This document shows, piece after piece, positions 9,258 through 19,246 of a stretch of 36,174 bases of DNA. Position 1 is the stretch's first letter, and every line of letters begins with the position of its first letter. A program made the translations under genes and the position numbers. Under the pieces are notes generated by a model that saw only the letters and a program-made list of their open reading frames with translations, was not told where the DNA came from and made no database searches. The stretch spans positions 1-36,174 of the forward strand of contig NIVC01003857.1 of assembly GCA_002269645.1 (NCBI GenBank), read 5' to 3'. The stretch comes from Macrostomum lignano (Eukaryota).

Positions 9258-12200
9258 GTTTGGCCTACATGTACATGAGGTTGTAGCTTAGTAGTTAAAG
9301 CGTCGGACTCATGACTTGAAGGTCGGGGGTTCGATTCTCGAGCGAGTCGGAACAATTTGTGTCCTTGAGCAAGACACTTAACTCTGCATTGCTTCAGTTC
9401 ACCCAGCTGTAAAATGAGTGCCAGCATTTATAGCTTGGGTAATTGAGAGTGTGTGCGTGACCCCCCAGTCCAGTCCTTGGACTGAACAGCCATACACAGC
9501 TATCAGATGCGCCGTGCAATAGCTGCGGCTGAGCAGTCGGTTGCACACATGTCCATTAGGGCAGGTGTAATAAATTATTATTGTTACTATTTATAGGCCT
9601 AGTAGCAACTCCCAGTTAAGCATTATTATCTCAGAAATCCTCTCGTCAGCATTGGCACCTCAGCAACTTCCCTGCGAACCTTCATTCACTGCTTCAGGCA
9701 CAAAACCATACGGAGACGGAGCACGAATTATAAAAAATCCTGAAAACCCAAGTTTGAATTCGACAATTAAAGGAGAATGAAAATTGATTTTTAGATTATA
9801 CTCACCAGCAGAGGCGGGCTGCTCGTACACAACCATTGTGATGTGACCACCGCAGATCTGCTTTGGATTTCCCGGACACCTGTAATCACACTTTTTCAAA
9901 GACAATTGTGCACTCATAATGAAATCACCGCAGTAGCAATGCGTTCCACTTATTACTCCAAAGTAGCGATCAGTAGTCACACTGCAGTCCTTTTGGCAGC
10001 TCTCGATTGTCATGGACTCGTTGGATGACTTGTAGCGGCGTAGGTTGGAACTCGTATCGTCGTAATGAAAGTAGCAGCCTTCCAGTTTAACTGCAAGGTT
10101 TTCATGCGAAACAATTAAACAAACTCATGGACAAGTAAAGTGCAAGGGCGCTATAACCACATTGCCAGTTAAAGTCGGTATCGGTGTACCCAAGGATGAA
10201 ACAGTGCACAATATTTATATGATTTGTGTGTTGTGGTTGTTGAGTGAGAGCAAGAGCCCAAAAGTGTGTTGAGTGAGCTGCGTTATTTCTTAGAGGGCTT
10301 GTAGAGACTTATTAAACCATACCGTAATGCCCTACTTAAAGTATTATTCAAAGAAAGTCAATTTATTCTAGCGAGCTAGAATGAGTCATATCTACTTTTA
10401 GGAACCATGCGCAAACAGAGTGACTCAGAACCCCACGTGGGACCAACATTGTTTGATCAAGGAACCGGATTCCAACAGCTGTATTTGCTTAACCCCATAT
10501 ATGGTAATGCTCAAGCATACGTGACAGCATAATCAAACATGAATGACCTAAGTAAATATCCGATCCCAAACCAGTTTTTATCCAAAATTTTGCCATAAAT
10601 ATAAGTGAAAATCCGAGTAAAAAATTCAGACTCAGAGCGGTCTCTAAGAAGACTCTGAAGGAACAAAGAAGAAGACCAATCTCTGAGGGACCACACTTGT
10701 ACAATTGGTAAGCGTTTACCGGATTCATTTCTTTGATTGTTAGTGATAGTAAGTTGAATTATTGAGTTTACGAGAGCCGTTTATTGTCGACACATTTGAG
10801 AAAGGCCTCCTTGTTTCCTAGGATATATTCCTAGAGGATTATTGATTTGATTTGAGTTATCCGTTACGTTTCGGACGTAACGAAGAAGACGCCCTTCAGG
10901 AGGACCTATCACAGAAACTTAGAGAATTCGATTGTTCATTAGGGCGCACGTTCTACTGTTAATTCCGAGCTCGAGGAGCGTCAAGAATTCTGATTCGCTC
11001 TTGTTTTTGGTAACGAGTCACCTAAGCCAAACCAAGACGTCTAAAAGCTACTAAAGGATCCGCTGCAGTAAGAGTTTTTTGATTTTGCATACACCCAGGC
11101 ACTTGTCCCCAGTGTCTAGAAGTGGGAGTTTTCGAGTCACTGATCACCACTAACTCTTCAGGCTGGAGATTCGTACTGTACTGTGTCTGCCTGGAGGCGT
11201 GTCGATCCCAACGAAGACGCGATCTTCCACTCAGAGTTCGAAGTGGGTCCGGCCAGACGACCGAAGCTACCTTGAGCTGGTCCTCCGAGATTAATTGGAT
11301 TAATTTAGGAGTGAGAGTGAGATCAGTTTCTGTCATTGTCCCAACACCAGTGTAAATTTACCGAACATTCAAAAGTTGAGTACAGCGTTGGCACTTTAAA
11401 TACCAACAAGAAATTATAAGCATATATTGGTGGGTTGATGATGAACTTACAGTTCGGGTGCTCTGCAACAGGAGAAAGAGGAGAAAGCAGTTTGAAATTG
11501 AAAAATGGAAAATCAGCAAAAGCTACGTCGTAGTTTGCATATATGTCAATAGCAGGTTTGGCTACTGCTCTATGTAAAGTGCTAAGACTTGGTGAAATTG
11601 CAGTTCGACTGTCAGTTTCGACTAAAAACTCCAGACTAAAGGCTGGATCCAGGCTTTATTACTAAAGGCTTTATTCAGTCGAATAAACGGCACAAAACTT
11701 TTATGTTGAGCTTCGTGTGAATTTGAATTTGAAGATGAGGCCCATTGCTTCTCGATACGTGTATGATCTTCATCTCTTTAATCTGTCAGCGTATTTAATA
11801 TTATTGATGTTGCTATTTTTGTTAGCGGTTCCTTCATTTAAATTCTCGCCAGAATAATAATAAAATCCGATTTGTTTAAACGCGCTGCACCCCATCTCAC
11901 TCTTGACTATAAATATAGAGGAGTCTCAATTGAGGAATATCAGAGGATCGGTGAACCGCACAGACTCTCAGATAAGGGTCGAATAACCGATTCAAGTGTT
12001 CAAAGAATCTTTCTCATTTGCCAAAATTGTAAAAATATTGCTCATCGGCTGGTTGAGGGAACCAGTTTGTGCAAGCGAATACGTAGTCTAAGGAACAGAT
12101 TGCGAAACAGCAAGAGAAGTGAAGACGCGTTATTCGCTAAGTTATAGGAAGAAAATACTCCAACATTCCTTTCGAAATTGAATCCACCAATGACGGGTCG

Positions 12201-15200
12201 TAAACTGACATAAGTCAATCCCCACAAAAGGAAAATGGGGAAGAGAAAAACAGGACAACCTCGATCCATTGACAACGCCACTCAGCACTCAATGCCACAA
12301 AGTATAGTCAACAACAGTGTCTTGCCGCTAGGGCAGTGTACTCTACCGGAACGATCGGTTATTCACGTGAAAGCTCAATGCTACTCGTAAAATAATAATT
12401 TGATTCCAGAGCTCAAGTATACTATAGAAATTGTGGAAAGACCCAGAGGCCCTACAACATTTTCTGCGAATGCAATCAATCATTGCCCCCCAGTTGGGGG
12501 AAAAATTCCGTATTTTCGTATTCCGTATATTCCGTAATTCCGTATTCCGTATTTTAAAGCTTCGACGACTGCCCTATGCTTTCTACAAGTAGACCCACGT
12601 AACTTGGCAAGCACCTGGTGAATGCTAACTGCTCTGCACGTGCATGATTAGCTCCAGATTGCTTCAGACTCAAACGTATACGGAGACAGATACAAAAGTA
12701 TGAAATCATGAAAACTAAACTTTAAAGTTTGATATCATTAAACACGACCATTAATTATAATATTCTCACCAGCAGAGGCTGCAGGGAGTATATCCGGCTG
12801 CTCGTACACCATGTACTCAGAACCACCGCAAATCTGCTTTAGATTTCCTGGACACCTGAAATTACATTCGTTTGAAGTTTGCTCTTTTCTTAGTGAATCC
12901 CCGCAATAGCATTCTGTTTTATTTGCGACTCCAAAGTAGCGATAAGTATAGCGACTGCAGTCCTTTTGGCAGCTCTCAATTGTCATTGACTCGCTGGATG
13001 AAATGCGGTGTTGTAGATTAGAACTTGTATCGTTACTAATGTAGCAACCTTGCAGCTTAACTGAAATTTTAATGCAAAGTATTAAGAATAAGAAAGCGAA
13101 TTGCTACTGCTTAAACTCATAAAGAATTAAAGTAGAAGGTCGCTACAGTCGCTAGTCGCATTGTCAGTTGTAGTCAGGATTGGTGCACCCAAGGGTGAAG
13201 CAGTGTACAATATTTGTATGATTTGTGTGTTGAGGTTGATAACATGGCCGTGGTGCGCAGAGTCTACTCAGACTCAGATACTCAGATAAACTCAGACGAT
13301 CGAGAGCTCACTCAGCTGAGTCAGTCAACTACGATACTACTCAGCGCTCCGTGCAGCCAAGTCTGTACGGACTCGTGGAATCCAATAGCATGTTGAGTGA
13401 GCTGCGGTATTTCTTAGAGGGCTGGAGATTCGTACTGTATTGTAATCCTGGGGACGGGTCGATCCCAACGAAGACGCAATCTTCTGCTCAGAGTTCGAAG
13501 TAGGTCCGGCCAGAGAACCTAAGACACTTTGATCTCTTCCTCTGAGGCTCATTGGGTCAATTAAGGATTGGAGAGTGAGGTCTGTTTCTGCCATTGTCCC
13601 AACACCAGTGTAAATTTACCCAACATTCAAAAGGTTGAGTTAAGCGTTTGCACTATAAATACTATGGAAGAAATTATAATTATATATTGGTGGATTGATG
13701 ATATACTTACAGTTCGGGTGCTCTGCAACAAGAGGCAGCAATTTAATCGCTCTAAAGTTAAGAATCGATAAAAGCTACATCAGTTTTTGCATACATGTCA
13801 ATAGCAGGTTGGCTACTGAGCTTAGTAAAGTGCTCGAGACTTTGTAAAATTACACTTTATCTTTACGAGGGTGTTAGAGTTCTTTGAGTCTTCTTAGTTT
13901 AATGGAGCTTCTAACTACGAGCGTAAGTTGCAATTTAAACGTGCCAGTGGGTTATCTCCCATCAAGATATGAATTTTCGTCTCCGCGTCCAAGACAATTG
14001 ATTGCTTTAATATGGCTGTCAAGGAGGCTCCGGCAAAGGACGCTCCCTGTGAAATCTTGTGCATGAGTTTCTCCGAGGAGTAGGAGGACGCTTTAAAGAA
14101 GAGGACTCCCTCGAGGACATTGATCAGACTCTCTCACTGGCATCGATCACCGGAGTAATACCCTCGTTGAGATCTCGTTGCGACACCTGGAAGGTCTACT
14201 GCGCCAGTCTCGAGAGGCAGCACTCCACAACTCGCGGCTCGTCAGGTCCGTTAGGCACGACACGCTCGCACAGTGCAAATCCTTTTGAGCCTGGATGGTA
14301 ACTATACTACGAGCTACCAGTCCCGAAGGATCGCTTAATCTACTTCTCTTCTCCACCGGCTTTCCGCAGGTTCCTAATACTGAGTGCGTGGTCGATGACC
14401 ACAGACCCAGCGATCGGCCCCCTTACTAACAGTGCGCCCTTCAGCTGCTTCAGATGGCGCCGGATTCGTTTAAACCGTTCAAATCGCTTGGGCCGACAAC
14501 ATCGCCCCTGAATTCTTCAGGAGGCGCTTAAGCGGTAAGCGGCCGTGACTATACGAGTATAATAACTCAAATATACGGTCCGCGAGATCATGCTATTTCT
14601 GCTATTTCTAAGCGCACAAGAACGCTATAGGGTATTCCATTTTTTAAAACCACAATGACTGCTCTATTGCAGTGAGCCACTACCACAGCTGTTAGGCGTC
14701 TCACACTACTGTCAGCAGTTTTCCTTGCCCTCGCCTTGGGTTGCTATCTGGCGCTGGGCAGCTTCCCTTCCCTTTTTGGTCTGCCTGTTTTCTGCCTCCA
14801 TATTTTTGCTTCGCGCTCTTGTCTGCAGTCGCGCTCTTGTCACTGGCATCTCTGCTGTGGTCTGCTCTTCGTTCGCTAAAGTCCAGAGGTCACTGGTGGT
14901 TTCATTGATGGCCCCGTCCGTTTTACCCTTGTTTATGTGAGCTATAGTCACATGACAAGCCTTGTTTTCCTGGAGTCTTAAAGTGACTGGTCCGTGGCAA
15001 AAATCACATACCCCGGAACCCATGCCTTCTGTAAGGTGGGCGGTGACGTCAGTTTCTGACAAATAGACACTATGTCACGCGGTCTTGCGCACAATACTCG
15101 TAGAGCAGAGGGTTTTCCAAGGCTATAAATACGGAACCCCCTCACGCTTGTTTCCAGTCAAGAAGTTTCTCTATTTTTTGTTTTTAGCTATTTCTAAGTT

Positions 15201-16742
15201 CTTGAGACCCGCACTTTTATAAGTGCCTGAATTCAAAGCCTGAATAACACCCAAATAAACTCAGACGCCCAAGTCTACCAAAGGCAAACTCGCCTTCCCA
15301 ATCACCCACTGAGCCCAGGAAGATCTGCTGACCAGACGCCTATGATCGTAAACTTGAAAATCTTCGTTGTTTTGTTTATTTCTCTCTTTCCAACGAGAAG
15401 CTCATCTCACCGAAGACTGAGACCTGAAGGAACTTGTGGCAGCGACTAACAACGCTGCTAGAAAGAGACCCGACCGCGAGCCGTAACGAAAGGCAGCCGT
15501 ATTAACTGTACTCACGCTAATGTTCTACAAGTACTACAAAGTTAATGACGGGAAGCGTCTGTACGTGAAAGGAGATTGTTAGTTTCACCTGTCAGACAAC
15601 ATACTCTCTGCAATAGATAAGAATAAGGTCGACGACAATTTCTTCCACTTTTTTCTTTTACTAATAATCTGACGAGTAGTGAGCTAGAGACTACCCTCTA
15701 TAAGCGAGCGAGGAAATGAGACAATGACACCATTCATAAATGAACAATTGAACGTAATAAATTATGGCCGGCATTCTTACCGGCAGAGGCTGTAACGAGT
15801 GTAGCGGGCTGCTCGTACACAACCATCGTGCGAATACCACCGCAAATCTGCTTTAGGTTTCCCGGACACCTGTAATTACATCTGTTTAAAGATGTTTTAT
15901 GAGTAATTTTTGAATTACCGCAGAAGCATTCTGTTCTAGCGACTCCAAAGTGGCGGAAGGTATAACGACTTCGGCAGCTCTTTTGGCAGCTCTCAATTGT
16001 CATTGACTCGCTGGTTCATATGCGGTATTTTAGATTCTCAACTACCTTACTGAGGTGAACGTAGCAACCTTGCAGTTTAACTGAAATTGTAATGCGAATA
16101 AGAAAGCGCACTGCTCATGCTCAAACTCATGGACAAGTAAAGTAGAAGGGAGCTACAGTCGCTAATCGCATTGTTAGTTGTAGTCGGGGTCGGTGCACCC
16201 AAGGGTGAAGCAGTGCACAATATTTGTATGATTTGTTTCTTAAGGTTAATGGCATAGGTGATGCGCAGAGTCTACTCAGACTCAGATACTCAGATAAACT
16301 CAGACGATCGAGAGCTCACTCAGCTGAGTCAGTCAACTACGATACTTCTCAGCGCTCCGTGCAACCAAGCCCGTCGCTCGCTTGCCTGTCGGACTCGTGG
16401 AATCCAAGAGCATGTTGAGTGAGCTGCGTTATTTTTTTAGAGGGCTGGAGATTCGTACTGTATTGTGTCTGCCTGGGGACGGGTCGATCCCAACGAAGAC
16501 GCGATCTTCCGCTCAGAGTTGGAAGTGGGTCCGGCCAGAGGACCGAAGGTACCTTGAGCTCTTGCTCTGACGCTCATTGGGTCAATTTGGGAGTGAGAGT
16601 GAGATCCGTTTCTGCCATTGTCCCAACACCAGTGTAGATTTACCGAACATTAAAAAGCTTGAGTAAAGCGTTTGCACTTAAATACCACAAATAAATTATA
16701 AATACAAGCGTGGATTGATGATGAACTTACAGTTCGGATGCT
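7648..16742 (-). CDS. Multi-exon gene for a tandem WSC-domain protein (4 microexon + WSC cassettes; 5' end not found)
   Basis: Joining 16742-16731, 16080-15781, 13722-13711, 13060-12770, 11462-11451, 10090-9806, 8577-8566 and 7925-7648 uses only AG/GT boundaries and keeps one frame, giving [EHPNFKL(Q/E/L)GCY...MTIESC..C...YFGV...C(Y/F)CG...C.(Y/F)RCPGN.KQICGG...VYEQ]x4. One TGA lies in the first WSC exon. Confidence 0.85.
8566..8577 (-). CDS. 12-nt microexon (cassette 1)
   Basis: cttgttgcag|AGCACCCGAACT|gtaagt. Confidence 0.85.
9167..9255. repeat. (CT)n microsatellite
   Basis: About 44 CT units. Confidence 0.98.
9279..9594 (+). mobile_element. tRNA-derived SINE with CORE-like domain
   Basis: A-box-like TAGCTTAGTAG and B-box GGTTCGATTC. 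Then GTGTCCTTGAGCAAGACACTTAAC...CAGCTGTAAAATG, which resembles the MIR CORE (GTGACCTTGGGCAAGTCACTTAAC...TCTGTAAAATGG). AT-rich (ATT)-like tail. Confidence 0.85.
9806..10090 (-). CDS. WSC-domain exon (cassette 2), 285 bp, phase 1-1
   Basis: ttgcag|TT AAA CTG GAA GGC TGC TAC ... GCC TCT GCT G|gtgagt. Open frame with an intact WSC Cys pattern. Confidence 0.92.
10300..11160. mobile_element. Solo LTR (861 bp) with 4-bp TSD GGCT
   Basis: TGTAGAG...CTCTTCA flanked by GGCT on both sides. It interrupts TTAGAGGGCTGGAG, which is intact in the other three cassettes. A second copy lies at 18020-18951. Confidence 0.9.
11451..11462 (-). CDS. 12-nt microexon (cassette 2)
   Basis: cctgttgcag|AGCACCCGAACT|gtaagt. 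Confidence 0.85.
12500..12555. repeat. (TTCCGTA)n-like short tandem repeat
   Basis: About six degenerate TTCCGTA(T) units. Confidence 0.8.
12770..13060 (-). CDS. WSC-domain exon (cassette 3), 291 bp, phase 1-1
   Basis: tttcag|TT AAG CTG CAA GGT TGC TAC ... GCC TCT GCT G|gtgaga. Open frame with intact Cys pattern. Confidence 0.92.
13711..13722 (-). CDS. 12-nt microexon (cassette 3)
   Basis: cttgttgcag|AGCACCCGAACT|gtaagt. Confidence 0.85.
15072..15488 (+). mobile_element. Possible LTR fragment
   Basis: Starts TGTCACG, has TATAAATA (about 15124) and AATAAA (about 15255), and ends near CGTAACG. No TSD found. Confidence 0.3.
15781..16080 (-). pseudogene. WSC-domain exon (cassette 4), 300 bp, phase 1-1, with an in-frame TGA
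   Basis: Splice sites intact (tttcag| and G|gtaaga). TGA at 16016-16018 aligns with Ser (TCA) in the other cassettes. Confidence 0.8.
16731..16742 (-). CDS. 12-nt microexon (cassette 4)
   Basis: cttgttgcag|AGCATCCGAACT|gtaagt. The single difference from the other copies is synonymous (CAC to CAT). Confidence 0.82.
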
Positions 16743-18019
16743 CTGCAACAAGAGAAAACAGTTTACTCGTGTGAAAATTAAAAATCAATAAATGCTACGT
16801 CAGAGTTTCGCATGCATGCCGATAGCAGGCTGGCTACTGAGCTCAGTAAGGTGCTCAAGCTCAAGACTTAGTGAAATTGCGCTTTATGTCGGCGAGGTCG
16901 TTAGAGTTCTTTGGGTATTTTTATATTAATAGAGCTTCTAAGTAGGTTGCTATGTAAACAGGTGCCGGTGGGTTATCTCCCATCAAGATGTGACTTTCCG
17001 TCTCGGATAGCGATCCTGTTGCAATGCACTGCAATCATTTTGACTAAAATCTTATGGCATATGGCAAAATGCCAACAACAAACGATCGAGCGTCACGAAG
17101 CGTTTTTGTTGACTTCTGCGTTCATTTTAGTGGATACGAGATGAGGTTGATTCTTTATTGATACATGCATACTGTATTCAGGAAATACACCTTTGATCTG
17201 ACCGCCGTATTTGTTTTGTTTTTTCCTGATGTCCTTCCTGCTGATCATTTTGTTTTATTGGATTACATACGCTCGTACTATAGCAATCTTTGCATCTCGT
17301 TGGGAGACAACAAAGCAAGGGATTATAACGAATTCTTTGAATAAAGAATACATGTAAAACGCCTTGTGCAGTGGCTGAGGGCGTGGTGTAGACCCACCCC
17401 CAGTCCTGCGTGGCTGAGCTCCACCCAAGGACCACAGTAGTGCAACAGGATGTAAAAATCAAAGCTCGTGTTTTTTGTGCAAAATTCATTAAAAATAGGA
17501 ATAAATCACTTTTAATCACAAAAATATTGATTACATTTGATCTAGGGCAGCGAAGATTACCATTTTTTTACTTAGCATGCGTGCCTAGCTATTGTATAGT
17601 TGTCCTAGCTTTGTTTTTTATACATGTATACCGGTAGTTGTCGTGAAAGTTTTATTTTTATACTGTTTTCTTATTTTTATATGCCCAAAGTTGTAACTAC
17701 TCACAAATGGCATTAGTTGAACTCTTTATTTTTTACTTGCATCAAGTATATTTGCAATGGAAACTTAAACCGCGGGACTCCGTGACATCTGCCAGCTCTT
17801 CATTTTCGTGGAGCTTCTTCGTTCTTGTCTCCTGCTATGGAGGGCGGACCCCCTGCAGCCTTTTGCAGGGCAGGTGGCTAGTGCTGGTGCCACACGGGTT
17901 CTCAATGACCGCTCCTTTGGGGAAGGGCTCTGGCGTTGGCTGTCAACCCGACCTGGCGCCTTTACACTAGCCCCCGCCCGCTGATCTTGCAGAGCGTGGG
18001 CTGGGGCCTGCCGGAACCT

Positions 18020-18951
18020 TGTAGAGAGCCGGAACTATACCGTGATGCCCTACTTAAAGTAATATTCTAAGAAAGTCAATTTATTCTAGAATGAGTCATA
18101 TCTATTTTTAGGAATCATGCGCCAACAGAGTGACTCAGAACCCCACGTGAGACCAACATTGTTTGATCAAGGAACCGGATTCCAACAGCTGTATTTGCTT
18201 AACCCCATATATGGTAATGCTCGAGCATACGTGACAGCTTAATCAAACATGAATGACCTAAGTAAATATCCGATCCCAAACCGGTTTTTCTCCAAAATTT
18301 TGCTATAAATAGCTCGTATAAGTGAAAATCCGAGTAAAAAATTCAGACTCAGAGCTGTCTCTAAGAAGACTCCGAAGGAACAAAGAAGAAGACCAATCTC
18401 TGAGGGACCACACTTGTCCAATTTGTAAGCGTTTACGTTCTTTGTTCTTCTTGTCGAGTTGTCTTTGTTCTTGATTCAGTTCTTTGATTGTTAGCGTTAA
18501 TAAGTTGATTAATTGAGTTTATGAGAGCCGTTTATTGTCGACACATTTGAGAAAGGCCTCCTTGTTTCCTGGGATATATTCCTAGAGGATTATTGATTTG
18601 ATTTGAGTTATCCGTTACGTTTCGGACGTAACGAAGAAGACGCCCTTCAGGAGGACCTATCACAGAAACTTAGAGAATTCGATTGTTCATTAGGGCGCAC
18701 GTTCTACTGTTAATTCCGAGCTCGAGGACCGTCAAGAAATTCTGATCGCTCTCGTCTTTGGTCGACCTACAGATAAAAGTCAAGGACTCCCGGAGGTAAC
18801 AAGTCACCTAAGCCAAACCAAGACGTCTACAAGCCACTAAAGGATCCGCTGCAGTAAGAGCTATTTGACTTTACCTATACCTAGGCACTTGTTCCCCAGT
18901 GTCTAGAAGTGGGAGTTTTTGAGTGACTGATCACCACTCTTAAACTCTTCA
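18020..18951 (+). mobile_element. Second copy of the 10300-11160 LTR, followed by a PBS-like TGG
   Basis: Same TGTAGAG...CTCTTCA termini and a near-identical core, with several indels. Followed by ac-TGGTGATCTCG. Flanks ACCT/ACTG do not form a TSD. Orientation is inferred only from the PBS-like motif. Confidence 0.8.
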
Positions 18952-19206
18952 ACTGGTGATCTCGTCCAGGCATATACCAGGCTAGATCGCTGAAAGCACT
19001 TTGAAACAAAGTCCATTGCGCAAATTTTACTGAACTTTTTATAAACAGCCATTGTTTGCATATAGACCCTTTGATCCTTTGCATACCGCTTTATACTTTT
19101 GTTAAATTCAGGAATACCCTAATTCAATTACTTTCTTTTGGTAAAGGCAACACAGACAGTTTCGCCCCGTGCCACTTTTCCTTTCTTCCTAAGTAAATAA
19201 GAGCTT

Positions 19207-19207
<1 letters not shown>

Positions 19208-19243
<36 letters not shown>
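19208..19243. repeat. (CA)n microsatellite
   Basis: Visible CA run. Confidence 0.95.

Positions 19244-19246
<3 letters not shown>

Noticed and set aside
9279-9350. tRNA gene
   Set aside because: The acceptor stem does not close and the sequence continues into a CORE-like body, so it is a SINE head.
11872-12281. 91-aa and 79-aa ORFs in the WSC intron
   Set aside because: No recognisable motif or splice signals; possibly TE debris.
14059-14356. ORFs and an HPGSKG..ER stretch resembling integrase
   Set aside because: Similarity is limited to a few residues, with no supporting domain context.
8020-16215. Pro/Thr-rich mini-exon ([10 protein letters not shown] / [10 protein letters not shown]) upstream of each WSC exon
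   Set aside because: No AG acceptor (CCTTGG/CTTTGG instead) and no donor conserved across the four copies.
11122-16637. Plus-strand ORFs [11 protein letters not shown]...VPTPV in cassettes 2 and 4
   Set aside because: The frame has a stop in cassette 1, and most differences are non-synonymous in this frame.
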